Below, piece after piece: positions 51,601 to 64,000 of a stretch of 64,000 nt of DNA. Each line of letters opens with the position of its first letter. The first letter of the stretch is position 1. This DNA comes from the human T2T-CHM13v2.0 reference genome, Homo sapiens. Where the stretch lies: assembly GCF_009914755.1 (NCBI RefSeq), contig NC_060944.1; one strand, 5' to 3'. A model generated the notes under the pieces. That model worked only from the letters and a program-made list of their open reading frames with translations, was not told the DNA's origin and made no database searches. A program made the position numbers and the translations under genes.

Positions 51601-54600
51601 GTCCACTTCCAGGGAATGGAAAAAGTGTGTTTCCAAACTGCTCTATGAAAGCCAATGTTCAACTCCGTGACTTGAATGCAACCGTCACAAGGAAGTTTCT
51701 GAGAATGCTTCTGTCTAGATTTTATATGAAGATATTCCCGTTTCCAACGAAATCCTCAAAGCTATCCAAATATCCACTTTGAGATTCTACAAAAAGAGTG
51801 TTTCAAAACTGCTCTATCAAAACAAAGGTTCTACTCTGTCAGTTGAGGACACACATAACGAGTAAGTTTCTGAGAATGCTTCTGTCTAGTTTTTATGGGA
51901 AGATATGTCCTTTTTCACCTTAGGCCGGAAAACGCTCCAAAAGTCCAGTTACAGACACTTCAAAAAGAGTGTTTCAAACCTGCTCTGTGAAAGGGAATGT
52001 TCAATTCTGTGACTTGAATGCAAACATCACAAAGAAGTTGCTGAGAATGCTGCTGTCTGCTTTTTATACCTTATCCCGTTTCCAACGAAATCCTCAAACA
52101 TAGCCAAATATCCACTTGCAGACTCCACAAAAAGAGTGTTTCAAAACTGTACTCTCCAAAGAAATGTTCAACTCTGTTAGTTGAGGACACATATCAGAGA
52201 CTAGCTTCTGAGAATACTTCTGTCCAGTTGTTACGGGAAGATATTTCCTTTTTCAACATAGGCCTGAAACCGCTTCAAATGTCCACTTCCAGATACTTCA
52301 AAGAGAGTGTTTCAAACCTTCTCTACGAAAGGGCATGTTCTCCTCTGTGACGTCAATGCAAACATCCCAAAGAAGTTTCTGAGAATGCTTCTGTCTGGAT
52401 TTTATCTGAAGACAATCCCGTTTCCAACGAAATCCTCAAAGATATGCAAATATGCTCCTGCAGATTCTACAAAAAGAGTGTTTCAAAACTGCTCTAGGAA
52501 AAGAAAGGTTCGACTCTGTTAGTAGAGGGCACACATCACAAACAAGTTGCCGAGAATGCTTCTGTCTGGTTTTTATGGGAAGATATTTCCTTTTCCAATA
52601 CAAGCCTGAATGCGCTCCAAATGGACACTTCCAGACACGACAAAAGGAGTGTTTCAAACCTGTTCTATGAAAGGGAACGTTCCATTCTGTGAGTTGAATG
52701 CAAACATCACCAAGTAGTTTCTCAGAACGCTGCTGTCTGCTTTTTATATGTATTCCCGTTTCCAACGAAATCGTCAAAGCCAGCCAAATATCCACTTGCA
52801 GGTTCCACAGAAAGAGTGTTTCAAAACTGCTCTCTCAAAAGACATGTTCAACTCTGTCAGTTGAGGACACACATCACAAAGAAGTTTCTGAGAATGCTTC
52901 TGTCTATTTTTTATGGGAAGATATTTCCTTTTTCACCATAGGCCTCAAAGCGCTCCACATGTACACTTCCAAGGAATGGAAAAAGAGTGTTTCCAACCTG
53001 CTCTATGAAAACGAATGTTCAACTCCGTGACTTGAATGCAACCATCACAAGGAAGTTTCTGAGAATGCTTCTGTCTAGATTTTATATGAAGATATTCCCG
53101 TTTCCAACGAAATCCTCAAAGCTATCCAAATATCCACTTGGAGATTCTACAAAAAGAGTGTTTCAAAACTGCTCTATCAAAGAAAGGTTCTACTCCGTCA
53201 GTTGAGGACACACATCACGAGTAATTTTCTGAGAATGCTTCTGTCTAGTTTTTAGGGGAAGATATGTCCTTTTTCACCTTAGGCCGGAAAGCGCTCCAAA
53301 AGTCCGGATACAGACACTACAAAAAGAGTGTTTCAAACCTGCTCTGTGAAAGGGAATGTTCAATTCTGTGACTTGAATGCAAACAACACAAAGAAGTTGC
53401 TGAGAATGCTGCTGTCTGCTTTTTTACCTTATCCCGTTTCCAACGAAATCCTCAAATCTAGCCAAATATCCACTTGCAGACTCCACAAAAAGAGTGTTTC
53501 AAAACTATACTCTCCAAAGAAATGTTCAACTCTGTTAGTTGAGGACACACATCAGAGACTAGCTTCTGAGAATGCTTCTGTCCAGTTGTTACGGGAAGAT
53601 ATTTCCTTTTTCAACATAGGCCTGAAACCGCTTCAAATGTCCACTTCCAGATACTGCAAAGAGAGTGTTTCAAACCTTCTCTACGAAAGGGCATGTTCTC
53701 CTCTGTGACGTCAATGCAAACATCCCAAAGAAGTTTCTGAGAATGCTTCTGTCTGGATTTTATCTGAAGACAATCCCGTTTCCAACGAAATCCCCAAAGA
53801 TATGCAAATATGCTCCTGCAGATTCTACAAAAAGAGTGTTTCAAAACTGCTCTATGAAAAGAAAGGTTCGACTCTGTTAGTAGAAGGCACACATCACAAA
53901 CAAGTTGCCGAGAATGCTTCTGTCTGGTTTTTATGGGAAGATATTTCCTTTTCCAACACAAGCCTGAATGCGCTCCAAATGGACATTTCCAGATACGACA
54001 AAAGGAGTGTTTCAAACCTGTTCTGTGAAAGGGAACGTTCCATTCTGTGACTTGAATGCAAACATCACCAAGTAGTTTCTCAGAACGCTGCTGTCTGCTT
54101 TTTATATGTATTCCCGTTTCCAACGAAATCGTCAAAGCCAGCCAAATATCCACTTGCAGGTTCCACAAAAAGAGTGTTTCAAAACTGCCCTCTCAAAAGA
54201 TATGTTCAACTCTGTCAGTTGAGGACACACATCACAAAGAAGTTTCTGAGAATGCTTCTGTCTAGTTTTTATGGGAAGATATTTCCTTTTTCACCATAGG
54301 CCTCAAAGCGCTCCAAATGTCCACTTCCAGGGAATGGAAAAAGAGTGTTTCCAACCTGCTCTATGAAAGCGAATGTTCAACTCCGTGACTTGAATGCAAC
54401 CATCACAAGGAAGTTTCTGAGAATGCTTCTGTCTAGATTTTATATGAAGATATTCCCATTTCCAACGAAATCCTCAAAGCTATACAAATATCCACTTGGA
54501 CATTCTACAAAAAGAGTGTTTCAAAACTGCTCTATCAAAAGAAAGGTTCTACTCCGTCAGTTGAGGACACACATCACGAGTAAGTTTCTGAGAATGCTTC

Positions 54601-57600
54601 TGTCTAGTTTTTATGGGAAGATATGTCCTTTTTCACCTTAGGCCGGAAAGCGCTCCAAAAGTCCAGTTACAGACACTACAAAAAGAGTGTTTCAAACCTG
54701 CTCTGTGAAAGGGAATGTTCAATTCTGTGACTTGAATGCAAACATCAAAAAGAAGTTGCTGAGAATGCTGCTGTCTGCTTTTTATGCCTTATCCCGTTTC
54801 CAACGAAATCCTCAACTCTAACCAAGTATCCACTTGCAGTCTCCACAAAAAGAGTGTTTCAAAACTGTACTGTCGAAAGAAATGTTCAACTCTGTTAGTT
54901 GAGGACACACATCAGAGACTAGCTTCTGAGAATGCTTCTGTCAAGTTGTTACGGGAAGATATTTCCTTTTTCAACATAGGCCTGAAACCGCTTCAAATGT
55001 CCACTTCCAGATACTGCAAAGAGAGTGTTTCAAACCTTCTCTACAAAAGGGCATGTTCTCCTCTGTGACGTCAATGCAAACATCCCAAAGAAGTTTCTGA
55101 GAATGCTTCTGTCTGGATTTTATCTGAAGACAATCCCGTTTCCAACGAAATCCTCAAAGATATGCAAATATGCTCCTGCAGATTCTACAAAAAGAGTGTT
55201 TGAAAACTGCTCTAGGAAAAGAAAAGTTCGACTCTGTTAGTAGAGGGCACACATCACAAACAAGTTGCCGAGAATGCTTCTGTCTGGTTTTTATGGGAAG
55301 ATATTTCCTTTTCCAACACAAGCCTGAATGCACTCCAAATGGACACTTCCAGATACGACAAAAGGAGGGTTTCAAACGTGTTCTATGAAAGGGAACGTTC
55401 CATTCTGTGACATGAATGCAAACATCACCAAGTAGTTTCTCAGAACGCTGCTGTCTGCTTTTTATATGTATTCCCGTTTCCAACGAAATCGTCAAAGCCA
55501 GCCAAATATCCACTTGCAGGTTCCACAGAAAGAGTGTTTCAAAACTGCTCTCTCAAAAGACATGTTCAACTCTGTCAGTTGAGGACACACATCACAAAGA
55601 AGTTTCTGAGAATGCTTCTGTCTATTTTTTATGGGAAGATATTTCCTTTTTCACCATAGGCCTCAAAGCGCTCCACATGTACACTTCCAAGGAATGGAAA
55701 AAGAGTGTTTCCAACCTGCTCTATGAAAGCGAATGTTCAACTCCGTGACTTGAATGCAACCATCACAAGGAAGTTTCTGAGAATGCTTCTGTCTAGATTT
55801 TATATGAAGATATTCCCGTTTCCAACGAAATCCTCAAAGCTATCCAAATATCCACTTGGAGATTCTACAAAAAGAGTGTTTCAAAACTGCTCTATCAAAA
55901 GAAAGGTTCTACTCCGTCAGTTGAGGACACACATCACGAGTAAGTTTCTGACAATGCTTCTGTCTAGTTTTTATGGGAAGATATGTCCTTTTTCACCTTA
56001 GGCCGGAAAGCGCTCCAAAAGTCCGGATACAGACACTACAAAAAGAGTGTTTCAAACCTGCTCTGTGAAAGGGAATGTTCAATTCTGTGACTTGAATGCA
56101 AACAACACAAAGAAGTTGCTGAGAATGCTGCTGTCTGCTTTTTTACCTTATCCCGTTTCCAACGAAATCCTCAAATCTAGCCAAATATCCACTTGCAGAC
56201 TCCACAAAAAGAGTGTTTCAAAACTATACTCTCCAAAGAAATGTTCAACTCTGTTAGTTGAGGACACACATCAGAGACTAGCTTCTGAGAATGCTTCTGT
56301 CCAGTTGTTACGGGAAGATATTTCCTTTTTCAACATAGGCCTGAAACCGCTTCAAATGTCCACTTCCAGATACTGCAAAGAGAGTGTTTCAAACCTTCTC
56401 TACGAAAGGGCATGTTCTCCTCTGTGACGTCAATGCAAACATCCCAAAGAAGTTTCTGAGAATGCTTCTGTCTGGATTTTATCTGAAGACAATCCCGTTT
56501 CCAACGAAATCCTCATAGATATGCAAATATGCTCCTACAGATTCTACAAAAAGAGTGTTTCAAAACTGCTCTATGAAAAGAAAGGTTCGACTCTGTTAGT
56601 AGAAGGCACACATCACAAACAAGTTGCCGAGAATGCTTCTGTCTGGTTTTTATGGGAAGATATTTCCTTTTCCAACTCAAGCCTGAATGCTCTCCAAATG
56701 GACACTTCCAGATACGACAAAAGGAGTGTTTCAAACCTGTTCTGTGAAAGGGAACGTTCCATTCTGTGACTTGAATGCAAACATCAACAAGTAGTTTCTC
56801 AGAACGCTGCTGTCTGCTTTTTATATGTATTCCCATTTCCAACGAAATCGTCAAAGCCAGCCAAATATCCACTTGCAGGTTCCACAAAAAGAGTGTTTCA
56901 AAACTGCTCTCTCAAAAGATATGTTCAACTCTGTCAGTTGAGGACACACATCACAAAGAAGTTTCTGAGAATGCTTCTGTCTAGTTTTTAAGGGAAGATA
57001 TTTCCTTTTTCACCATAGGCCTCAAAGCGCTCCAAATGTCCACTTCCAGGGAATGGAAAAAGAGTGTTTCCAAACTGCTCTATGAAAGCCAATGTTCAAC
57101 TCCGTGACTTGAATGCAACCATCACAAGGAAGTTTCTGAGAATGCTTCTGTCTAGATTTTGTATGAAGATATTCCCGTTTCCAACGAAATCCTCAAAGCT
57201 ATCCAAATATCCACTTTGAGATTCTACAAAAAGAGTGTTTCAAAACTGCTCTATCAAAACAAAGGTTCTACTCTGTCAGTTGAGGACACACATAACGAGT
57301 AAGTTTCTGAGAATGCTTCTGTCTAGTTTTTATGGGAAGATATGTCCTTTTTCACCTTAGGCCGGAAAACGCTCCAAAAGTCCAGTTACAGACACTTCAA
57401 AAAGAGTGTTTCAAACCTGCTCTGTGAAAGGGAATGTTCAATTCTGTGACTTGAATGCAAACATCACAAAGAAGTTGCTGAGAATGCTGCTGTCTGCTTT
57501 TTATACCTTATCCCGTTTCCAACGAAATCCTCAAACATAGCCAAATATCCACTTGCAGACTCCACAAAAAGAGTGTTTCAAAACTGTACTCTCCAAAGAA

Positions 57601-60600
57601 ATGTTCAACTCTGTTAGTTGAGGACACATATCAGAGACTAGCTTCTGAGAATACTTCTGTCCAGTTGTTACGGGAAGATATTTCCTTTTTCAACATAGGC
57701 CTGAAACCGCTTCAAATGTCCACTTCCAGATACTTCAAAGAGAGTGTTTCAAACCTTCTCTACGAAAGGGCATGTTCTCCTCTGTGACGTCAATGCAAAC
57801 ATCCCAAAGATGTTTCTGAGAATGCTTCTGTCTGGATTTTATCTGAAGACAATCCCGTTTCCAACGAAATCCTCAAAGATATGCAAATATGCTCCTGCAG
57901 ATTCTACAAAAAGAGTGTTTCAAAACTGCTCTAGGAAAAGAAAGGTTCGACTCTGTTAGTAGAGGGCACACATCACAAACAAGTTGCCGAGAATGCTTCT
58001 GTCTGGTTTTTATGGGAAGATATTTCCTTTTCCAATACAAGCCTGAATGCGCTCCAAATGGACACTTCCAGACACGACAAAAGGAGTGTTTCAAACCTGT
58101 TCTATGAAAGGGAACGTTCCATTCTGTGAGTTGAATGCAAACATCACCAAGTAGTTTCTCAGAACGCTGCTGTCTGCTTTTTATATGTATTCCCGTTTCC
58201 TAACGAAATCGTCAAAGCCAGCCAAATATCCACTTGCAGGTTCCACAGAAAGAGTGTTTCAAAACTGCTCTCTCAAAAGACATGTTCAACTCTGTCAGTT
58301 GAGGACACACATCACAAAGAAGTTTCTGAGAATGCTTCTGTCTATTTTTTATGGGAAGATATTTCCTTTTTCACCATAGGCCTCAAAGCGCTCCACATGT
58401 ACACTTCCAAGGAATGGAAAAAGAGTGTTTCCAACCTGCTCTATGAAAGCGAATGTTCAACTCCGTGACTTGAATGCAACCATCACAAGGAAGTTTCTGA
58501 GAATGCTTCTGTCTAGATTTTATATGAAGATATTCCCGTTTCCAACGAAATCCTCAAAGCTATCCAAATATCCACTTGGAGATTCTACAAAAAGAGTGTT
58601 TCAAAACTGCTCTATCAAAACAAAGGTTCTACTCTGTCAGTTGAGGACACACATAACGAGTAAGTTTCTGAGAATGCTTCTGTCTAGTTTTTATGGGAAG
58701 ATATGTCCTTTTTCACCTTAGGCCGGAAAACGCTCCAAAAGTCCAGTTACAGACACTTCAAAAAGAGTGTTTCAAACCTGCTCTGTGAAAGGGAATGTTC
58801 AATTCTGTGACTTGAATGCAAACATCACAAAGAAGTTGCTGAGAATGCTGCTGTCTGCTTTTTATACCTTATCCCGTTTCCAACGAAATCCTCAAACATA
58901 GCCAAATATCCACTTGCAGACTCCACAAAAAGAGTGTTTCAAAACTGTACTCTCCAAAGAAATGTTCAACTCTGTTAGTTGAGGACACATATCAGAGACT
59001 AGCTTCTGAGAATACTTCTGTCCAGTTGTTACGGGAAGATATTTCCTTTTCCAACATAGGCCTGAAACCGCTTCAAATGTCCACTTCCAGATACTGCAAA
59101 GAGAGTGTTTCAAACCTTCTCTACGAAAGGGCATGTTCTCCTCTGTGACGTCAATGCAAACATCCCAAAGAAGTTTCTGAGAATGCTTCTGTCTGGATTT
59201 TATCTGAAGACAATCCCGTTTCCAACGAAATCCTCAAAGCTATGCAAATATGCTCCTGCAGATTCTACAAAAAGAGTGTTTCAAAACTGCTCTAGGAAAA
59301 GAAAGGTTCGACTCTGTTAGTAGAGGGCACACATCACAAACAAGTTGCCGAGAATGCTTCTGTCTGGTTTTTATGGGAAGATATTTCCTTTTCCAATACA
59401 AGCCTGAATGCGCTCCAAATGGACACTTCCAGACACGACAAAAGGAGTGTTTCAAACCTGTTCTATGAAAGGGAACGTTCCATTCTGTGAGTTGAATGCA
59501 AACATCACCAAGTAGTTTCTCAGAACGCTGCTGTCTGCTTTTTATATGTATTCCCGTTTCCAACGAAATCGTCAAAGCCAGCCAAATATCCACTTGCAGG
59601 TTCCACAGAAAGAGTGTTTCAAAACTGCTCTCTCAAAAGACATGTTCAACTCTGTCAGTTGAGGACACACATCACAAAGAAGTTTCTGAGAATGCTTCTG
59701 TCTATTTTTTATGGGAAGATATTTCCTTTTTCACCATAGGCCTCAAAGCGCTCCACATGTACACTTCCAAGGAATGGAAAAAGAGTGTTTCCAACCTGCT
59801 CTATGAAAGCGAATGTTCAACTCCGTGACTTGAATGCAACCATCACAAGGAAGTTTCTGAGAATGCTTCTGTCTAGATTTTATATGAAGATATTCCCGTT
59901 TCCAACGAAATCCTCAAAGCTATCCAAATATCCACTTGGAGATTCTACAAAAAGAGTGTTTCAAAACTGCTCTATCAAAAGAAAGGTTCTACTCCGTCAG
60001 TTGAGGACACACATCACGAGTAAGTTTCTGACAATGCTTCTGTCTAGTTTTTATGGGAAGATATGTCCTTTTTCACCTTAGGCCGGAAAGCGCTCCAAAA
60101 GTCCGGATACAGACACTACAAAAAGAGTGTTTCAAACCTGCTCTGTGAAAGGGAATGTTCAATTCTGTGACTTGAATGCAAACAACACAAAGAAGTTGCT
60201 GAGAATGCTGCTGTCTGCTTTTTTACCTTATCCCGTTTCCAACGAAATCCTCAAATCTAGCCAAATATCCACTTGCAGCCTCCACAAAAAGAGTGTTTCA
60301 AAACTATACTCTCCAAAGAAATGTTCAACTCTGTTAGTTGAGGACACACATCAGAGACTAGCTTCTGAGAATGCTTCTGTCCAGTTGTTACGGGAAGATA
60401 TTTCCTTTTTCAACATAGGCCTGAAACCGCTTCAAATGTCCACTTCCAGATACTGCAAAGAGAGTGTTTCAAACCTTCTCTACGAAAGGGCATGTTCTCC
60501 TCTGTGACGTCAATGCAAACATCCCAAAGAAGTTTCTGAGAATGCTTCTGTCTGGATTTTATCTGAAGACAATCCCGTTTCCAACGAAATCCTCATAGAT

Positions 60601-63600
60601 ATGCAAATATGCTCCTACAGATTCTACAAAAAGAGTGTTTCAAAACTGCTCTATGAAAAGAAAGGTTCGACTCTGTTAGTAGAAGGCACACATCACAAAC
60701 AAGTTGCCGAGAATGCTTCTGTCTGGTTTTTATGGGAAGATATTTCCTTTTCCAACTCAAGCCTGAATGCTCTCCAAATGGACACTTCCAGATACGACAA
60801 AAGGAGTGTTTCAAACCTGTTCTGTGAAAGGGAACGTTCCATTCTGTGACTTGAATGCAAACATCACCAAGTAGTTTCTCAGAACGCTGCTGTCTGCTTT
60901 TTATATGTATTCCCATTTCCAACGAAATCGTTAAAGCCAGCCAAATATCCACTTGCAGGTTCCACAAAAAGAGTGTTTCAAAACTGCTCTCTCAAAAGAT
61001 ATGTTCAACTCTGTCAGTTGAGGACACACATCACAAAGAAGTTTCTGAGAATGCTTCTGTCTAGTTTTTAAGGGAAGATATTTCCTTTTTCACCATAGGC
61101 CTCAAAGCCCTCCAAATGTCCACTTCCAGGGAATGGAAAAAGAGTGTTTCCAAACTGCTCTATGAAAGCCAATGTTCAACTCCGTGACTTGAATGCAACC
61201 GTCACAAGGAAGTTTCTGAGAATGCTTCTGTCTAGATTTTATATGAAGATATTCCCGTTTCCAACGAAATCCTCAAAGCTATCCAAATATCCACTTTGAG
61301 ATTCTACAAAAAGAGTGTTTCAAAACTGCTCTATCAAAACAAAGGTTCTACTCTGTCAGTTGAGGACACACATAACGAGTAAGTTTCTGAGAATGCTTCT
61401 GTCTAGTTTTTATGGGAAGATATGTCCTTTTTCACCTTAGGCCGGAAAACGCTCCAAAAGTCCAGTTACAGACACTTCAAAAAGAGTGTTTCAAACCTGC
61501 TCTGTGAAAGGGAATGTTCAATTCTGTGACTTGAATGCAAACATCACAAAGAAGTTGCTGAGAATGCTGCTGTCTGCTTTTTATACCTTATCCCGTTTCC
61601 AACGAAATCCTCAAACATAGCCAAATATCCACTTGCAGACTCCACAAAAAGAGTGTTTCAAAACTGTACTCTCCAAAGAAATGTTCAACTCTGTTAGTTG
61701 AGGACACATATCAGAGACTAGCTTCTGAGAATACTTCTGTCCAGTTGTAACGGGAAGATATTTCCTTTTTCAACATAGGCCTGAAACCGCTTCAAATGTC
61801 CACTTCCAGATACTTCAAAGAGAGTGTTTCAAACCTTCTCTACGAAAGGGCATGTTCTCCTCTGTGACGTCAATGCAAACATCCCAAAGAAGTTTCTGAG
61901 AATGCTTCTGTCTGGATTTTATCTGAAGACAATCCCGTTTCCTACGAAATCCTCAAAGATATGCAAATATGCTCCTGCAGATTCTACAAAAAGAGTGTTT
62001 CAAAACTGCTCTAGGAAAAGAAAGGTTCGACTCTGTTAGTAGAGGGCACACATCACAAACAAGTTGCCGAGAATGCTTCTGTCTGGTTTTTATGGGAAGA
62101 TATTTCCTTTTCCAATACAAGCCTGAATGCGCTCCAAATGGACACTTCCAGACACGACAAAAGGAGTGTTTCAAACCTGTTCTATGAAAGGGAACGTTCC
62201 ATTCTGTGAGTTGAATGCAAACATCACCAAGTAGTTTCTCAGAACGCTGCTGTCTGCTTTTTATATGTATTCCCGTTTCCAACGAAATCGTCAAAGCCAG
62301 CCAAATATCCACTTGCAGGTTCCACAGAAAGAGTGTTTCAAAACTGCTCTCTCAAAAGACATGTTCAACTCTGTCAGTTGAGGACACACATCACAAAGAA
62401 GTTTCTGAGAATGCTTCTGTCTATTTTTTATGGGAAGATATTTCCTTTTTCACCATAGGCCTCAAAGCGCTCCACATGTACACTTCCAAGGAATGGAAAA
62501 AGAGTGTTTCCAACCTGCTCTATGAAAACGAATGTTCAACTCCGTGACTTGAATGCAACCATCACAAGGAAGTTTCTGAGAATGCTTCTGTCTAGATTTT
62601 ATATGAAGATATTCCCGTTTCCAACGAAATCCTCAAAGCTATCCAAATATCCACTTGGAGATTCTACAAAAAGAGTGTTTCAAAACTGCTCTATCAAAGA
62701 AAGGTTCTACTCCGTCAGTTGAGGACACACATCACGAGTAATTTTCTGAGAATGCTTCTGTCTAGTTTTTAGGGGAAGATATGTCCTTTTTCACCTTAGG
62801 CCGGAAAGCGCTCCAAAAGTCCGGATACAGACACTACAAAAAGAGTGTTTCAAACCTGCTCTGTGAAAGGGAATGTTCAATTCTGTGACTTGAATGCAAA
62901 CAACACAAAGAAGTTGCTGAGAATGCTGCTGTCTGCTTTTTTACCTTATCCCGTTTCCAACGAAATCCTCAAATCTAGCCAAATATCCACTTGCAGACTC
63001 CACAAAAAGAGTGTTTCAAAACTATACTCTCCAAAGAAATGTTCAACTCTGTTAGTTGAGGACACACATCAGAGACTAGCTTCTGAGAATGCTTCTGTCC
63101 AGTTGTTACGGGAAGATATTTCCTTTTTCAACATAGGCCTGAAACCGCTTCAAATGTCCACTTCCAGATACTGCAAAGAGAGTGTTTCAAACCTTCTCTA
63201 CGAAAGGGCATGTTCTCCTCTGTGACGTCAATGCAAACATCCCAAAGAAGTTTCTGAGAATGCTTCTGTCTGGATTTTATCTGAAGACAATCCCGTTTCC
63301 AACGAAATCCCCAAAGATATGCAAATATGCTCCTGCAGATTCTACAAAAAGAGTGTTTCAAAACTGCTCTATGAAAAGAAAGGTTCGACTCTGTTAGTAG
63401 AAGGCACACATCACAAACAAGTTGCCGAGAATGCTTCTGTCTGGTTTTTATGGGAAGATATTTCCTTTTCCAACACAAGCCTGAATGCGCTCCAAATGGA
63501 CATTTCCAGATACGACAAAAGGAGTGTTTCAAACCTGTTCTGTGAAAGGGAACGTTCCATTCTGTGACTTGAATGCAAACATCACCAAGTAGTTTCTCAG

Positions 63601-64000
63601 AACGCTGCTGTCTGCTTTTTATATGTATTCCCGTTTCCAACGAAATCGTCAAAGCCAGCCAAATATCCACTTGCAGGTTCCACAAAAAGAGTGTTTCAAA
63701 ACTGCTCTCTCAAAAGATATGTTCAACTCTGTCAGTTGAGGACACACATCACAAAGAAGTTTCTGAGAATGCTTCTGTCTAGTTTTTATGGGAAGATATT
63801 TCCTTTTTCACCATAGGCCTCAAAGCGCTCCAAATGTCCACTTCCAGGGAATGGAAAAAGAGTGTTTCCAACCTGCTCTATGAAAGCGAATGTTCAACTC
63901 CGTGACTTGAATGCAACCATCACAAGGAAGTTTCTGAGAATGCTTCTGTCTAGATTTTATATGAAGATATTCCCATTTCCAACGAAATCCTCAAAGCTAT
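45660..64000 (-). repeat. Near-identical tandem duplication of a 9517-bp unit (7 HORs, 56 monomers); second copy truncated by the window end
   Basis: Variant ORFs pair at exactly +9517: 45899/55416, 46530/56047, 48668/58185, 49375/58892, 52987/62504 and 53611/63128. Confidence 0.93.

Larger units (their letters stand above)
1..64000 (-). repeat. Alpha-satellite (alphoid) centromeric array of ~171-bp monomers, single orientation
   Basis: Conserved alphoid blocks recur every ~170 bp across the entire window, e.g. 'aagtttctgagaatgcttctgtct', 'aaaagagtgtttcaaa' and 'tcccgtttccaacgaaa'. Their reverse complements are the standard alphoid consensus (AGACAGAAGCATTCTCAGAAACTT, TTTGAAACACTCTTTT). Confidence 0.99.

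Noticed and set aside
53611-54168. Longest ORF (185 aa, repeated at 63128)
   Set aside because: It arises from one SNV ('tccccaaag') that removes a stop codon. Its second copy is explained by the 9517-bp duplication.
171-63782. Over 200 short ORFs (60-185 aa) on both strands
   Set aside because: They recur with the monomer/HOR period, mostly start at GTG/TTG in conserved satellite blocks, and appear or vanish with single SNVs or indels. They resemble no real protein family, so they are translation artefacts of alpha satellite.
1-64000. CRISPR-like pattern of conserved short repeats with variable intervals
   Set aside because: The intervening sequences are homologous monomer bodies repeated every HOR, not unique spacers, and no cas genes are present.
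1-64000. Transposon insertion (L1/Alu) or inversion
   Set aside because: All anchor spacings are whole multiples of ~170 bp. I saw no poly-A tail or non-alphoid sequence, and all CENP-B boxes are on the same strand.
1-64000. Assignment to a named array (e.g. chr20, chr18 or chr14/22 SF2 8-mer HORs)
   Set aside because: Some monomers resemble my recollection of the chr2/18/20 SF2 group, but I cannot discriminate arrays or species without an HMM or alignment search.

Overview
The whole 64-kb window is primate centromeric alpha-satellite DNA: head-to-tail ~171-bp monomers, all in one orientation, with the conventional strand on '-'. They form an ~1359-bp 8-monomer higher-order repeat (HOR) of alternating CENP-B-box and A-box monomers, with suprachromosomal family 2 (SF2, D1/D2)-like signatures. 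I see no genes, transposon insertions or inversions, and every listed ORF is a repeat artefact. The interest lies in the array architecture. There are structural-variant HORs (4-mer x2, 7-mer x3, 9-mer, 11-mer) with readable junctions, and a sharp haplotype boundary at ~23.85 kb that coincides with the 9-mer. There are nested super-repeats: a 15-mer x2, a 16-mer x4, a 24-mer, and a near-identical 9517-bp 56-mer tandem duplication. There are also dispersed block copies at offsets of 4579 and 10008 bp, and about 25-30 damaged CENP-B boxes. I found no evidence of a new gene system. Monomer labels a-h are mine (starts: a 171, b ~338, c 509, d 680, e 851, f 1018, g 1189, h 1360). Periods come from coordinate differences between homologous ORF-track anchors, and variant comparisons were made by eye.
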